DNA of 62,153 nt, the filler included, from Choristocarpus tenellus KU-1152 (lineage: Eukaryota; Protista; Phaeophyceae): NCBI GenBank assembly GCA_964200185.2. It is 10 parts of 10 records of this genome, joined end to end, with 100 filler letters (N's around TTAATTAATTAA, not from the genome) between each part and the next. Parts side by side here need not be neighbours in the genome. Positions count along the whole stretch, not along the records: positions 24,405 to 30,585 come from CAXNAD020008743.1; positions 30,686 to 34,637 come from CAXNAD020016967.1; positions 34,738 to 41,065 come from CAXNAD020008377.1; 7 more parts are not named here. One strand, 5' to 3'. The position numbers and the translations under genes are program-made. The notes beneath the pieces are model-generated. The model did no database searches. It was not told the origin of the DNA and saw nothing but the letters and a program-made list of their open reading frames with translations. This document shows positions 25,432 to 37,010 of this stretch, in pieces. Within the stretch, counting starts at the first letter, position 1; every line of letters begins with the position of its first letter.

Positions 25432-26545
25432 TTCGGAGCTTGTACGAAGCAGCTGTCAATAGTGGTGTCACCAACGTTTTCAAATTCGACGCCCTGTAGG
25501 TGTTTATTCCCATTAGAACTGTGTACACACCAGCTGTCAAATAGTGGTATCACCAACCTTTTGAAGTTGTATGCCCCTGCTTTTATCACCATTAGAACCG
25601 TGTACACATCAGCTGTCAGTAGTGGTATCACCAACATTTTCAAATCCGATGCACCTGTATTTATCACCATTAAAACCGTGTACACACCAGCTGTCAGCAT
25701 TGGTAGCACCAACAGTTTCAAATTCGATGCCCTGTATTTCTTACCATTAGAACCGTGTACAACCACCAACATTTTGAAGTTGTATACCCCTGTTTTCATC
25801 ACCATTAGAACCGTGTACACAGCAGCTGTCAGTAGTGGTATCACCAACATTTTGAAGCTGTATGCCCCTGTTTTTATCACCATTAGAACCGTGTAAACAC
25901 CAGCTGTCAGTAGTGGTATCACCAACAATTTCAAATTCGATGCCCTGTATTTCTTACCATTAGAACCGTGTACACTCCAGCTGGTAGCAGTGATATCACA
26001 ACAATTTCAAATTCGATGCTCCTGTATTTCTTACCATTAGAAGCGTGTACACACCAGCTGTCAGTAGTGGTATCACCAACATTTTAAAATCCGATATCCC
26101 TGTATTTATCACCATTAGAAGCGTGTACATACTAGCTGTCAGTAGTGGTATCACCAACATTTTCAAATCTGATGCACCTGTATTTATCACCATTAAAACC
26201 GTGTACACACCAGCTGTCAGCATTGGTAGCACCAACAGTTTCAAATTCGATGCCCTGTATTTCTTACCATTAGAACCGTGTACACACCAGCTGTCAACAG
26301 TGGTCACACCAACATTTTGAAATCCGATGCTCCTTTATTTCCTACCATTAGAACCGTGTACACACTAGCTGTCAGTAGTGGTATCACCAACATTTCCAAA
26401 TTCGATGGCCTATATTTCTTACCTTTAGAATCGTGTACACACCACCTGTCAACAGTGGTAACACCAACCTTTCGAAATCCGATGCCCCTGTATTTATCAC
26501 CACTAGAACCGTGTACACACCGGCTGTCAATAGTGGTATCACCAA
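25432..26545. repeat. Tandem array (minisatellite) with a 77-79-bp unit, ~14 copies
   Basis: Unit approx. CCATTAGAACCGTGTACACACCAGCTGTCAGTAGTGGTATCACCAACATTTTCAAATCCGATGCCCCTGTATTTATCA. Unit starts at ~25510, 25589, 25667, 25744, 25802, 25880, 25957, 26034, 26112, 26190, 26267, 26345, 26422 and 26500. One unit carries a ~20-bp deletion. Confidence 0.95.
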
Positions 26546-26794
26546 ATCACTACTCCAGCATCTATAACTTGTTTGATCGAAACCGTTCATAAACCGTCTG
26601 CCACCAGCAGTGTCCGTGTCACTTACCCTGACAGCATTTGACGTTGAACCTAACCCAACACCAACCGGGCGTTGAAATACCGTATGCATCCGTGGCGATT
26701 TCTAAGCTGCGTGTAATCTCTTTACTCCTATGTCAGAGCACCGTGCACACCATACCCTGCCGGCAGTCCACCATCCAAAGCCTCCATCCTACCA

Positions 26795-27052
26795 GAGCCA
26801 AAGTATCTTAGAGGGTAGAGTCGCGTCCATTTGGGGACCAAAATCCAATGTTTCGATTTCGATGTAAATTTGGCCATTGTGTTTGTTAGGAAGTGTCAAT
26901 ATCCTTGTTCCGAAGACACATTTTCATAACGTACACATTTTACCTACTCCGAGATATTTTGGAGTATAAAAATGTAATAAAACCACCGAAAGAAACCAAG
27001 CCCCAAATGGACAAACAGGGAAAAACTCGTACCCTCTAAGATAATTTCACAC
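26795..27052. mobile_element. MITE family A copy
   Basis: GAGCCAAAGTATCT...AGATAATTTCACAC, with flanks ACCA/ACCG. Confidence 0.85.
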
Positions 27053-28585
27053 ACCGTAATCACCCTACCCACCCCAGTTGCTGACAATGTAAGCCCTGAA
27101 GGCAACGCTCATGATGCTTACACGCAAACCCTAACTAACACTAATTATCTACATCTCGAACACTCAACCCAATGAGCGAAGAGACAGATTTCACCTTACA
27201 TACAACATGTCGACGTATTGGCAATGCAGCGGCTATCATCAGAATCAATTCCAGCAAATTCAACCGAACTTAACCGAAATTGGAACATGGATTGCAGTGA
27301 CATATGTTGAGAGTAATCAGACAAGTGATCCAAAATAGAACTAGGATTCCACAGTCCAATTCTACGCACCACAACATCCGTCTGTCGAATGCTATGTGGT
27401 GACACCATCGATAAGTACGTGTTAGGGCTCCGATACGATTGGAACTTTTCCTATAAGGTTCGTATCGCACCGCAACGCAATTTTGATTTAACTCGCGCGT
27501 TGGTATCAACACGCGCGCGCAGTTTAGTAAAAAACCCGCGTTAACCTCACTTTAGAACTTGATGGCTTCTCCCAACTGGCAGAACATACCAAATTTCTAC
27601 TTCAAAGTACGTTCCAAAATTTCCATATTCATTTCAAACTGGTGCATTCATGCTTTCACTTTTGCGGTTCAACTTAATGTTTTCCTGTTTTCCATCCATG
27701 CTTGTTCCAAATCGGTACACACGACCCCCAACAGTTTTGCCGTGCCTTCGAAATTGAAGGCCTGTACCGTCCGACATAACACTTCAAATTTCTTCATTAC
27801 TTTCCGGCCTATGTAAAACACAAACCTGTGCATGGTTGCCCTCCCGACATCTAACCTGGGCTGGTGCGTAAATCCTTTTCATTTGCGTACAGTAATGGTG
27901 CGTTCTCATATTCAATATTCCTTCCATGTCGGCAGGGTTTACAGTTCGACGGATGTTCGCAAATAGCAGTCTTCACGGAAAGTGCTACGCCGTCCTCATG
28001 ACGACAACAGCGCTTTGCCCATATCATTTCACATTTGCCTAGCCCACGCATGGACACGAACCTCGCACTCCCTACAGATCCCGTCATCATTGATCACATT
28101 CTCCGTCACTGTTTATACAACAATGCCCTTGCTGTCATTGCCGAACAATAGAATCCGTCCCTGAGTCGATATCCTTCTCGTTTATTGATATCATTGCCAT
28201 AAGATATCCCCCCCTACCTTCACAGGCAGTCTACCAGAGGCCCAAAGAAACCTGAAGAGGAAAAGAGGACAGAGTTGATCACGTCAAATCTCAACGTGAC
28301 CCGTACCGTCAACCTGGGCACATCTGCTTTCTTGTCCCAGAGGTACAATGCCAATCTCCTTGATAAGGATAGGATAGAGTCTGTGCAATATAGGCTAGGT
28401 ATAGGGTCTTATGTGCTTAGTGACCTGTACATTACAACAAAAATATTGATTGAGTGAAGTAAGTGTCAATGACTTGTTTCCGTGTGCTTAGAGTATTAGG
28501 TTAGAGTCTCGATAAGTTGATTTTTTATGTCGGTTTCATCTTAACATAAATAACGGACGTATGATGACTGACGTATTGGAACGTG

Positions 28586-28746
28586 TGATGTAGTGCGACT
28601 GACACAGACACTTTTTTGACGTGTTTGCTGACGTGCGCAATAGATAATAAGAGAGAGCACCCCTCCACCGAGGGCTGTGCTCACTCCGCTAATAAATACA
28701 TCCATACCACATAATGCAAAGACTCTATTAGAATAGCTCTCTTTTG
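28586..28746 (-). repeat. Right arm of the ~170-bp inverted repeat pair
   Basis: Reverse complement of 24405-24573. Confidence 0.9.
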
Positions 28747-28751
28747 CATAG

Positions 28752-29624
28752 AGTCAACGTTTTCAAAACTGGGCCCGGACCCACAAGTTGCCACCGATAA
28801 GCTCACGGGGATCCTGAGCGGACAGCCTTTCTCTTTGTGCTCGTGATGGAAAACGATCCATAAGTTCAAGGCTGACATGCGCAGAGCAAAGGCACCCTCT
28901 GATGTGCCCAACGGCGAACTGCTCGCGCACGACATTGCGAACGGCAACCTGGAACTAGATGAGGATGGTGACGCTAGGGATCCGGACAAAGACGATAACG
29001 TCTTGTTTTGTCTAAATGGACAACATAGGATCATGCATCCTGAGGTTCATTGAGTGCGTGGCGAAGGAGGATAATATCCCATGTAGCATCAACCTCCCAG
29101 CCCACGTCACAACACGATGCGCCTCAGACGTCGGAGCGAACCTCCAGATAGGGGAGCACAGGAGGTTCATGTGGAAGATATTTCCACACTGCAGTCACGA
29201 AAAGGCAGAATCAATATCCATAGGAGAGAGTGCGGTGACCAGCAGATCACACGTGCCTAACATCCTGGACATATTCCATTGGATGGTGTGTTGGGTTGCA
29301 GCTATCATGGAGTATAAGCGCGACTTCAGGCGTGACAGGTCCTGCCCCTACCTGCAGGATACGGGTGAGGACTCTGATCATCGCGCGCACATGACGACAT
29401 TGCTAACCCGATGCAACCAATACTGTCTTGGAGACATAGACTTCCGGAGTGCCGACGCCGCGTTCCAGAGGGCAATAAAGAGGAGGGTTGCTGCGAAAAT
29501 AAAGGCATTCCTCACGGGAGTGTGGGAGGACATACTCATGGAAACCGGGATAAGAAAACTCGGTGACCAAATCTCCGCCCAGTTCTACAATTTGATCGCC
29601 ACCCTTGTGCAGATATGCGCTTGA
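28752..29624 (+). pseudogene. Intronless decayed DUF262 (GmrS-like, ParB/Srx-fold) domain gene
   Basis: Three DUF262-type motifs in the expected order across frameshifts: SQRFQNW (28752-28772), ILSGQPFSL-x-x-stop-W (~28811-28849) and VLFCLNGQHRI (29000-29032). These are followed in the +1 frame by SCILRFIE...DNIP and a 200-codon open stretch. Recognised by eye only. Confidence 0.55.
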
Positions 29625-30050
29625 GAAGGTGAGGTTCTTACGGCTCCTTCTCAGGAAACGATTCGTGGAACGATTATGAAGCATCGCCTACTTTTCGTCA
29701 CCCGTATCCATATTAATTCGGCATTGGTGATCCAACAAACCCAATCCCTTTCTTCCACTCACTATGTTCCACCAGAAACAAAAGAGCTGGAGGACATCCT
29801 TCTCGGTGTGTGGAGAGAACACAGGAAGTGTGACGGCTCCAGCATAAGCGCGGTGCAGTCATCTCGACATTTCGACATACAATACCCCATGACTAACGAT
29901 ACAAGAACACCATACTAGCCCCTGGCTTTACAGACTGAACTTGATTTGGCGTTTTATTCATGTGTATTGCCATTGGCGATATGATATGTGCCATTAACCA
30001 ACAGACCTACTCCCATTCCCACGTTCTTCTGTCCTGATCATGTGACCTTA

Positions 30051-30308
30051 GAGCCAAAGTATCTTAGAGGGCAGAGCGTGTCCATCTGGGGGCCAAATTC
30101 CAATGTTGTCATTTTGATGTAATTTTGGTCGTCGTGTTTGTTAGGAAGAGTCAATATCGATATTCTGGACACACCTTTTCATAACATACACATTTTACCT
30201 ACTCCTAAACATTTTGGAGTAGAAAAATGTCATTATAAAAAAAATGAGAAGCCAAGCCCCAAATGGACAAACAGGGCAAACCTCGTACCCTCTAAGATAC
30301 TTTCAACC
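30051..30308. mobile_element. MITE family A copy
   Basis: GAGCCAAAGTATCT...AGATACTTTCAACC, with perfect TSD CTTA/CTTA. Confidence 0.88.
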
Positions 30309-32940
30309 CTTATCCTCCGCACACCTAACGCGCACCCGACTAGGACAAATTCGACTTTAGGCCGGTTCACATGTTCACTGTGCTGTGGTAAGCCAATCCG
30401 GACACCACCATTGAATCCCTCAAGAACTGCAGGGCGTTCACACACCCCTACAGGTTGCAGGTGGGTTAAACATTCCCAACATGTCCCTACACGTCGAACC
30501 CTAAGTCTCAAAGTACCTGGGGGGGGGGGGGGGGCTACATCAGGGTGTCCATTCGGGCCCTGACCAGGGGAAGTGCACTTACATTNNNNNNNNNNNNNNN
30601 NNNNNNNNNNNNNNNNNNNNNNNNNNNNNTTAATTAATTAANNNNNNNNNNNNNNNNNNNNNNNNNNNNNNNNNNNNNNNNNNNNATGTAAATGCACTTT
30701 TCCTGATTTTGGTGTAAATGGACACCCTGGTGTAGCCACCCCCCCCCCCCACAGATACTTTGGGTCTGCGGCACTTTTTAAGGACCCCTTTTTTAATGGG
30801 AATCCATGCCGAAGGTGGTAGTAGGACAGTGTGTGGGGGGCGGCAATGATTTCGTTTGATCGTCGTACACATGTATGCCCTGTGTTGGATTGCTTGCTTG
30901 AATAATTAATGCGGTTGGTGGATTCGTTTGACTGTCGATGGTGGAGGTGGTAGAAAAAAATAGTACTTCAAAGTAGTTTTTTTCAGGGCGGCGTTTTATC
31001 GTCATTATGGATGGTTGATTGACTGAGAAGAAGAAATTTAGGACCCAAGGCTGTGAATTGATGAGAGGGGCTGCAACCTCTCATTCATCATTCCATTTTA
31101 TTTTCAGAGTTGCCGACATCAGGATTTCAGGTAGCACAAAGATTAGGGGGTTGATATAAAGCACGGAATAATATTCTCTACAAGTGCCCACAACATGTAG
31201 AAAATGATGTGTACGCATCTTTGCCTTGTGTGCACGTAATATTCAACACTACAATGATTAAATGGATACAGTCGGTAGTTATTGCTACTGATTCATCATT
31301 CGACGGACACCCCCATTTCAAATGACTCACCACATGGCTGCAAGGGAGGATCCATCCACCTAATGTGAATTACTAAGCATGCTGGCTGACTGAATGTACA
31401 TAACTCACCACAGCAAGCCGACTCGCCATATTCGTAATTTGAAGGATCGATTTCGCTCTCCAAGTATATCCCCTGCTTCTCCCTGTACATATCGTTGAGC
31501 TTCTTGACCATGTCATCCCTCTTGTCTTGATTCGGTCTAGCTTCTTGAGCATCTTGTCCATCTGTTGTTCAAAATAAAGTTATTGCTATGGTCAACTGCA
31601 AGTGCACCGACTATGCAGAGAGCAAGATTGAGGAACGGGAATCACATTATTACACGAAAGGCAATATATAAACCAACCCAAACTCAAAGACTTCGTGTCC
31701 CATGTTGAGGGCGATTAATGCAAGGTGACAATGCTGCCTTTGCACACCATTGCATTGTGGTGCTGATTTGATGCCGAAGGAGCGAGGATATCTATTCATG
31801 GGAGAATTCTATCAACGTAGTTTCGGATAACTTGGATGTGTGTGTGTTGAGTTTGGAGGGGGGGAGTTTATTGTAGCAACAACGACAGCAGTAAGAAATA
31901 TTGAACTACGATTATTTTATACAACATAGTATTTTTTCCTCCATTGGAAATGTAAAATGAATCACAAAAGTTTGGATCAATCACAGTTTAATGGTTCCAA
32001 TATCAGACCAAACACAGTTTATTTGATTCAAGTCAAGTGTACCTTGGGTTCTCTTTGTTCTTGTGAAACAATCCAACTATTTGAGGAAAAGATGGTACGC
32101 ATAAAAAAAATGTGACTGACAATCGTTACAAGACATAGCACAAAAAACTTCAATAAGAACTAATCCACTATAGTACTAGAATTATCGATATGTAAGTCAC
32201 CAACGTTCCATTCAATCAAATCAACATTATTATATAGCCACTTCTGTTACATTATCCATATTACTCAAGACAAAAGAGGCGTGGTTTTTTCGTAATTAGC
32301 GACACTCAAACCTCATAAAAAAGCGTTGAAAAAGGAACAGTCACCCCACTAGAACAAACCATCTCACTTCTATGTCTCGCACAGTGCAAAACAACTTTCA
32401 GAACAAACATTAAATCCATTACCCCTACTCTATCCCTCCCCTTGCTATTAGACCCGGGTTCCCAATGAATTTCGGCAGAAGATGCTCCATACACCTCTGA
32501 AAAGGTGTGAAGCATAGAACCAAATAGAGTTATGAAACATCTGGTCAACAACATCGAGGTCGAATCAGAGATTCCTGCCGACCAGATATTGGGAGGATCG
32601 GCAAATTCGTGTAAGCTGTAACTCACATCACCAATATACATGTGTACCACTGATAGTACATAATCAATATTCTATTGATTCATTGGATTTTTTCATAGTT
32701 AAACTGTTTCGCTGACGCTGACAATTTCATATTTCGTTTCCTGGTGGGAAGTACATGGGATTACACCATTTAAAATCACAATTCACGCCATGCAAATTCG
32801 ATGTGTATTATCAAACTTCGTCAAGCACCTTGTGCAGAGGTGCTAGAGCTCGTGAAGTATAAGTACAATGTGCTTAAAGATAAACGAAAGAACCAACTGG
32901 TAACAAATTATCAGGGCTTCCTCAAAGAAGGCTTGTGTGT

Positions 32941-33200
32941 GAGCCAAAGTATCTAGGAGGGTAGAACCGCGTCCATTTGGGGGCCAAAATCCAATGTTGA
33001 GATTTTGATGTAATTTTGACTATCATGTTTGTTATGAAGGGTCAATATCCTTGTTCCGGATACACCATTTCGTAAAATATACATTTTGCCTATTCCAAAA
33101 TGTTTTGGAGTAGGCAAAATGCCATAAAAAAAAACATTGGAAGCCAAGCCCGAAATGGACAAACAGGGCAAAACTCGTACCCTCTAACATACTTATACTC
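32941..33200. mobile_element. MITE family A copy
   Basis: GAGCCAAAGTATCT...ACATACTTATACTC. Flanks GTGT/TGTT, so the TSD is imperfect. Confidence 0.85.
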
Positions 33201-33940
33201 TGTTCTTGGTGAACTTTATGTGCAACCTCAACCATCTCAAGACCTATCAAAGATTCTGCATGGTAGTACTGTATAGTATCAGCCTTATCAACTGATCCAA
33301 TAGGACACATAACAAATCGTGGTTAAAAGTATCAATGACCTTTCCTCATTATCCCCACCAAACACATAAGACCAGCAACAATTCACAATGACGAAAAATA
33401 TTCCAAATCATGCACTCCACAGTGCTTACCTATGGAAGGTATACGGTACACACAACATTTAATAAAACATTGATCAACCACGCAGCCTCACCCCATACAA
33501 TGTGCTCATAGTTGAAGATAACATAGGAAGAGCCGTCTTCCCCTGCAACCAGTACCACTGGAAAGTGTTACGAGCATTTCACAAACGTGTACCAAACGGA
33601 GTCACCCTCTCCCATGTCACCGGAGGAATATCAAACGCATGTCAAACAAACTCATGTCCCATGTCATCTGGAAACACAGCATGGTCCTTAGTTTCCTTGC
33701 ACTCCAGGAAGGGGTCGAGGGCATAGATCTTGACTTCCCGATAGTACACAAGTAGTCATACATGTCAACCTTGAAATAAAGGAGGTGTTAATAGGCCAAC
33801 AATGGCCTCACCACCTCCAAGAACAGGTGAACATAGAGATCTCCAAAGTTTTAACAGCTTTGCTCAAACTCGAAAAAATATGCTGTAATATTGTATCCTA
33901 TCCTACTCTAGGCAAAAGGATTACACTATTGCATCCACTT

Positions 33941-34117
33941 GGCTCAAAGTATCTGGGAGGGGGGGTGGCGGTTGTCCATTTGGGGACATTTTTTTCATGT
34001 CACGATTTTTGGGCGATTTGGTTCCATACGTTGGATGGATAATGAAAGTGCACTTTTCCTGGTTTGGTCCAAATGGACACTCTGGTGTAGACCCCCCCTC
34101 CCCAGATACTTTGGGTC
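33941..34117. mobile_element. MITE family B, complete 177-bp copy
   Basis: GGCTCAAAGTATCTGGG(G)n...GTCCATTTGG / CCAAATGGAC...(C)nAGATACTTTGGGTC, with perfect TSD ACTT/ACTT. Partial copies occur at 1-19, ~18030-18070, 24261-24304, 30506-30585, 30686-30766, 34595-34637, 41003-41065 and 41166-41204. Confidence 0.88.
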
Positions 34118-34737
34118 ACTTTCCTACACTATCCACACAAGAGTACCATCCAGATTATTCCAAGCAACATTTGTGGCAAGTGACTCAAACAGCAAAAAAA
34201 TTATTGAGTCATCCAACATCAGAAGAGGGTGCCGCTTAGAAATAATATCTCCTGTGACTACTTTCGGTTACATGTGCTTCTAGCACTCTGCAGGGTGGTT
34301 CAATGCTCATGTGGACCACTCTTCGTTTCCTCTTCTACAGTCACAGCATTCTAATCGGAGGTTAGCAACATGTCAAGCACGGGAAATGGGGTGTCAGGCA
34401 GAAGATTGCAAAAGCCCTATATACTCAACAGGGTTAGCATAGACCCCCTAAGATAGGATGGATCACAAATGTACAACTCAAACCACAGAACATATCCACA
34501 ACATCCTGTTCATCTTGCACAACCGATGACATTTCCTGTGTGCATCTACCATACACATTTTGATTTTGAAGGGAATAAAAGAGAGCAGGGGAAGGCTCAA
34601 AGTATCGGGGGGGGGGGGGGGGCTGCTGGCCATTTAGNNNNNNNNNNNNNNNNNNNNNNNNNNNNNNNNNNNNNNNNNNNNTTAATTAATTAANNNNNNN
34701 NNNNNNNNNNNNNNNNNNNNNNNNNNNNNNNNNNNNN

Positions 34738-35540
34738 CGTATATCACTCGAGGTACCACTCGGTGTTGACAGTGATGTCGACCTCGTACTCCTCGCCCAT
34801 CATGTGCTGTGCTGTAGTCCATTGTGCCCTTGCCTGTAGGCTGGGTTGCGCCGTCCTGTTGTATGGAGGCCCCCCGATTCCAGTCACGGCATTTTTTCCT
34901 TATCGTCAGCAACAGCTGTGCCGTATATCACTCGAGGTACCACTCGGTGTTGACAGTGATGTCGACCTCGTACTCCTCGCCCATCATGTGCTGTGCTGTA
35001 GTCCATTGTGCCTCCTTTGTGACGCAAACCCGCCAGATCCCCATCTTGCCGTTAAAATCATGGGAAAGATCCAGGCGTGAAACGGCGGAGATGAACATCA
35101 CTGTTGGGAATATGTCTCTTGTGCTGCACCTTCGTCAAGCCCACCTTTTCTTCCCCTGAGAACATGCACACTATCTCTCGTTCATGGATGAGGTAGAACC
35201 ACGTCTTGTCAATGTGAATGGTGTTGATGACAGTCCTGCAGGTTTTGTGGTTCTGGGAGATCTGGTCGAGGATTAAGTCCACCCCGTTCTTTTTGTGAGA
35301 AAACGAAAGGCTAGGGGTGAAGCGCCGCTGAACCTTCGTTGCCCCCATAGCTTTGAGCTAGCGATTAAGCTTTGGGCTACCGACTGCGATACCCGCTTTG
35401 GTGAACTTGGTGGAAAGTTGGTCGATATTCACTGTGCAATTACTAGCAGGAACATAAAAAAAGTGATAAGAATACGCCTCATTCTGTGTTCCATTATTTC
35501 GGAACCATTTTAGATCAGAATTCTTTGTTAATTCCTTCAA
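34738..35540 (-). mobile_element. Plant/oomycete-type mariner (DD39D-like) transposase pseudogene, copy 1
   Basis: Motifs INTIHIDKTWFYL, KVQHKRHIP and IQQDGATQPTGK, interrupted by frameshifts and stops. Truncated at the contig edge. Confidence 0.8.
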
Positions 35541-36739
35541 ATTTACTACTTTAATATAAAACACTTCAAGGAATCCAACACAAAAGTTCATTTTGTATTT
35601 GCTGGTCATCCTGAAGAGCTACAACTTAATGGCCCAGACCTATGGAACAGAGGGACTAACTAGTACTTCGTTGTGTTTTTATATGTTATTATAATAAATG
35701 TTACCCCCCTTTCTAAGCTAACACATTATGCATCCCCAGTAGGGTCTTGGGTAACACAAACGTCTGTAGTGTCTCATGTTGGGGTCCCTATATGAGCTTT
35801 ATAAAGTTGAAACATGCAGTACCTGAATAATATTCTGTGTATGAGTGGTCAGTGTGAATTTTGCATATCAGCACACCACTTCTGTGTAAAAAACACATAC
35901 AAATATTTGTTTTACCAATCTCCCCATTCTACCAAAAAGCGTGCAATATATGGCGTACAACTGTCCTGTCAATGACACATTATTGCGCTATTGGCTGCCT
36001 TAGTAAGCGAGCAGAAGGTTTTCTGGATGAGTTGGCTACACATACAGTAGAGGGGAGATGGGCGGGAGGATAGAGCAGGAAAGGGGCTGTCTAATCCCGC
36101 TTCAGATAAATAGTGTCTGTCACTGCACAAGTGGCTCTCTCAAGATGTGTCATGCGCTTTAAGCTGGAAACACACCAGGCAGATGATGGGCAAGGAGGGG
36201 CCTGTCAGATTCTTGGGATGCTTCACTAGCTCCTCGCCCTGTGGTGTAGGGGTAACCTAGGTTGGAGGCATAGCAGCAGTGTAAATATAGCATTGTAATT
36301 ATGAACCTTCTAGAGAGTGTTGTAGTATATCTGGTACTCAAATAGAAAATACTTTTTGGACAGATATGTTTTACATTTACAACAGATGTTACTTCTACAA
36401 GGTTCCTTGTGATACTGGTTTGACGTTTTCCCTGATACATCAGCAAAATGTCAGAGGGCATAGTAATATATATTATTTTACTATACCTGAAAATCAAATA
36501 TTATTTTTTGGAGAGATATCCTTTACATTAACGACAACCCTGCTACTTTTTCAGGGGTCCTTCGTCAACAATTCATCATGTTATCCGCAAATGTCGCACA
36601 CCACTCTTACAAATACGGAGGGATAGAAATTATTCGGATCCACAAATTAGTTAGTTAACTCTTAAATACTTGACTTGTGAGGATGTGACCCAACATGCAT
36701 AACTCAGGTTTATGACCAGAATGGCCATTGGTTTGTCAG

Positions 36740-37010
36740 AAATGTAGTCGTCCACCACAAACCAGATTTGATTTGTCTGACGTGTGGTCAGATCCTCCTA
36801 TGGGGAATCAACGACTCCCCAAGAATTGATGTATGGGGAGCTTGCGAATGGAAAAAAGAAGCAAGGTGGACAGGAGAAGAACTGGTGGACATGTCTCCAA
36901 GACGACGTTGACAATTCTGTGATTGGAGTTATGAGATTTGGAGCACAAGCGTCACCAATAGGACTGAAGCTGTATGAGTGTGTCACTAATGTCACAAAAG
37001 GTTCATAGCT
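36740..37010 (+). mobile_element. LINE ORF2 3'-end fragment (RTE/CR1-like)
   Basis: TPQELMYGELANGKKKQGGQEKNWWTCLQDDV matches the typical LINE ORF2 C-terminal PKxxMYGELxxGxRxxGG...WxxCL pattern. Confidence 0.7.

Noticed and set aside
25432-26545. CRISPR array interpretation of the 78-bp repeat
   Set aside because: The variable parts are homologous to each other and recur rather than being unique spacers. No cas genes are present and the context is eukaryotic.
25365-26689. Hydrophobic 26-aa repeat ORFs listed in the ORF track
   Set aside because: They are by-products of the tandem array, open on both strands and broken by 77-bp units.
33941-35540. Mariner transposase as the mobiliser of the MITE families
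   Set aside because: The MITEs have 4-bp variable TSDs rather than TA, and their proximity is across an artificial spacer.
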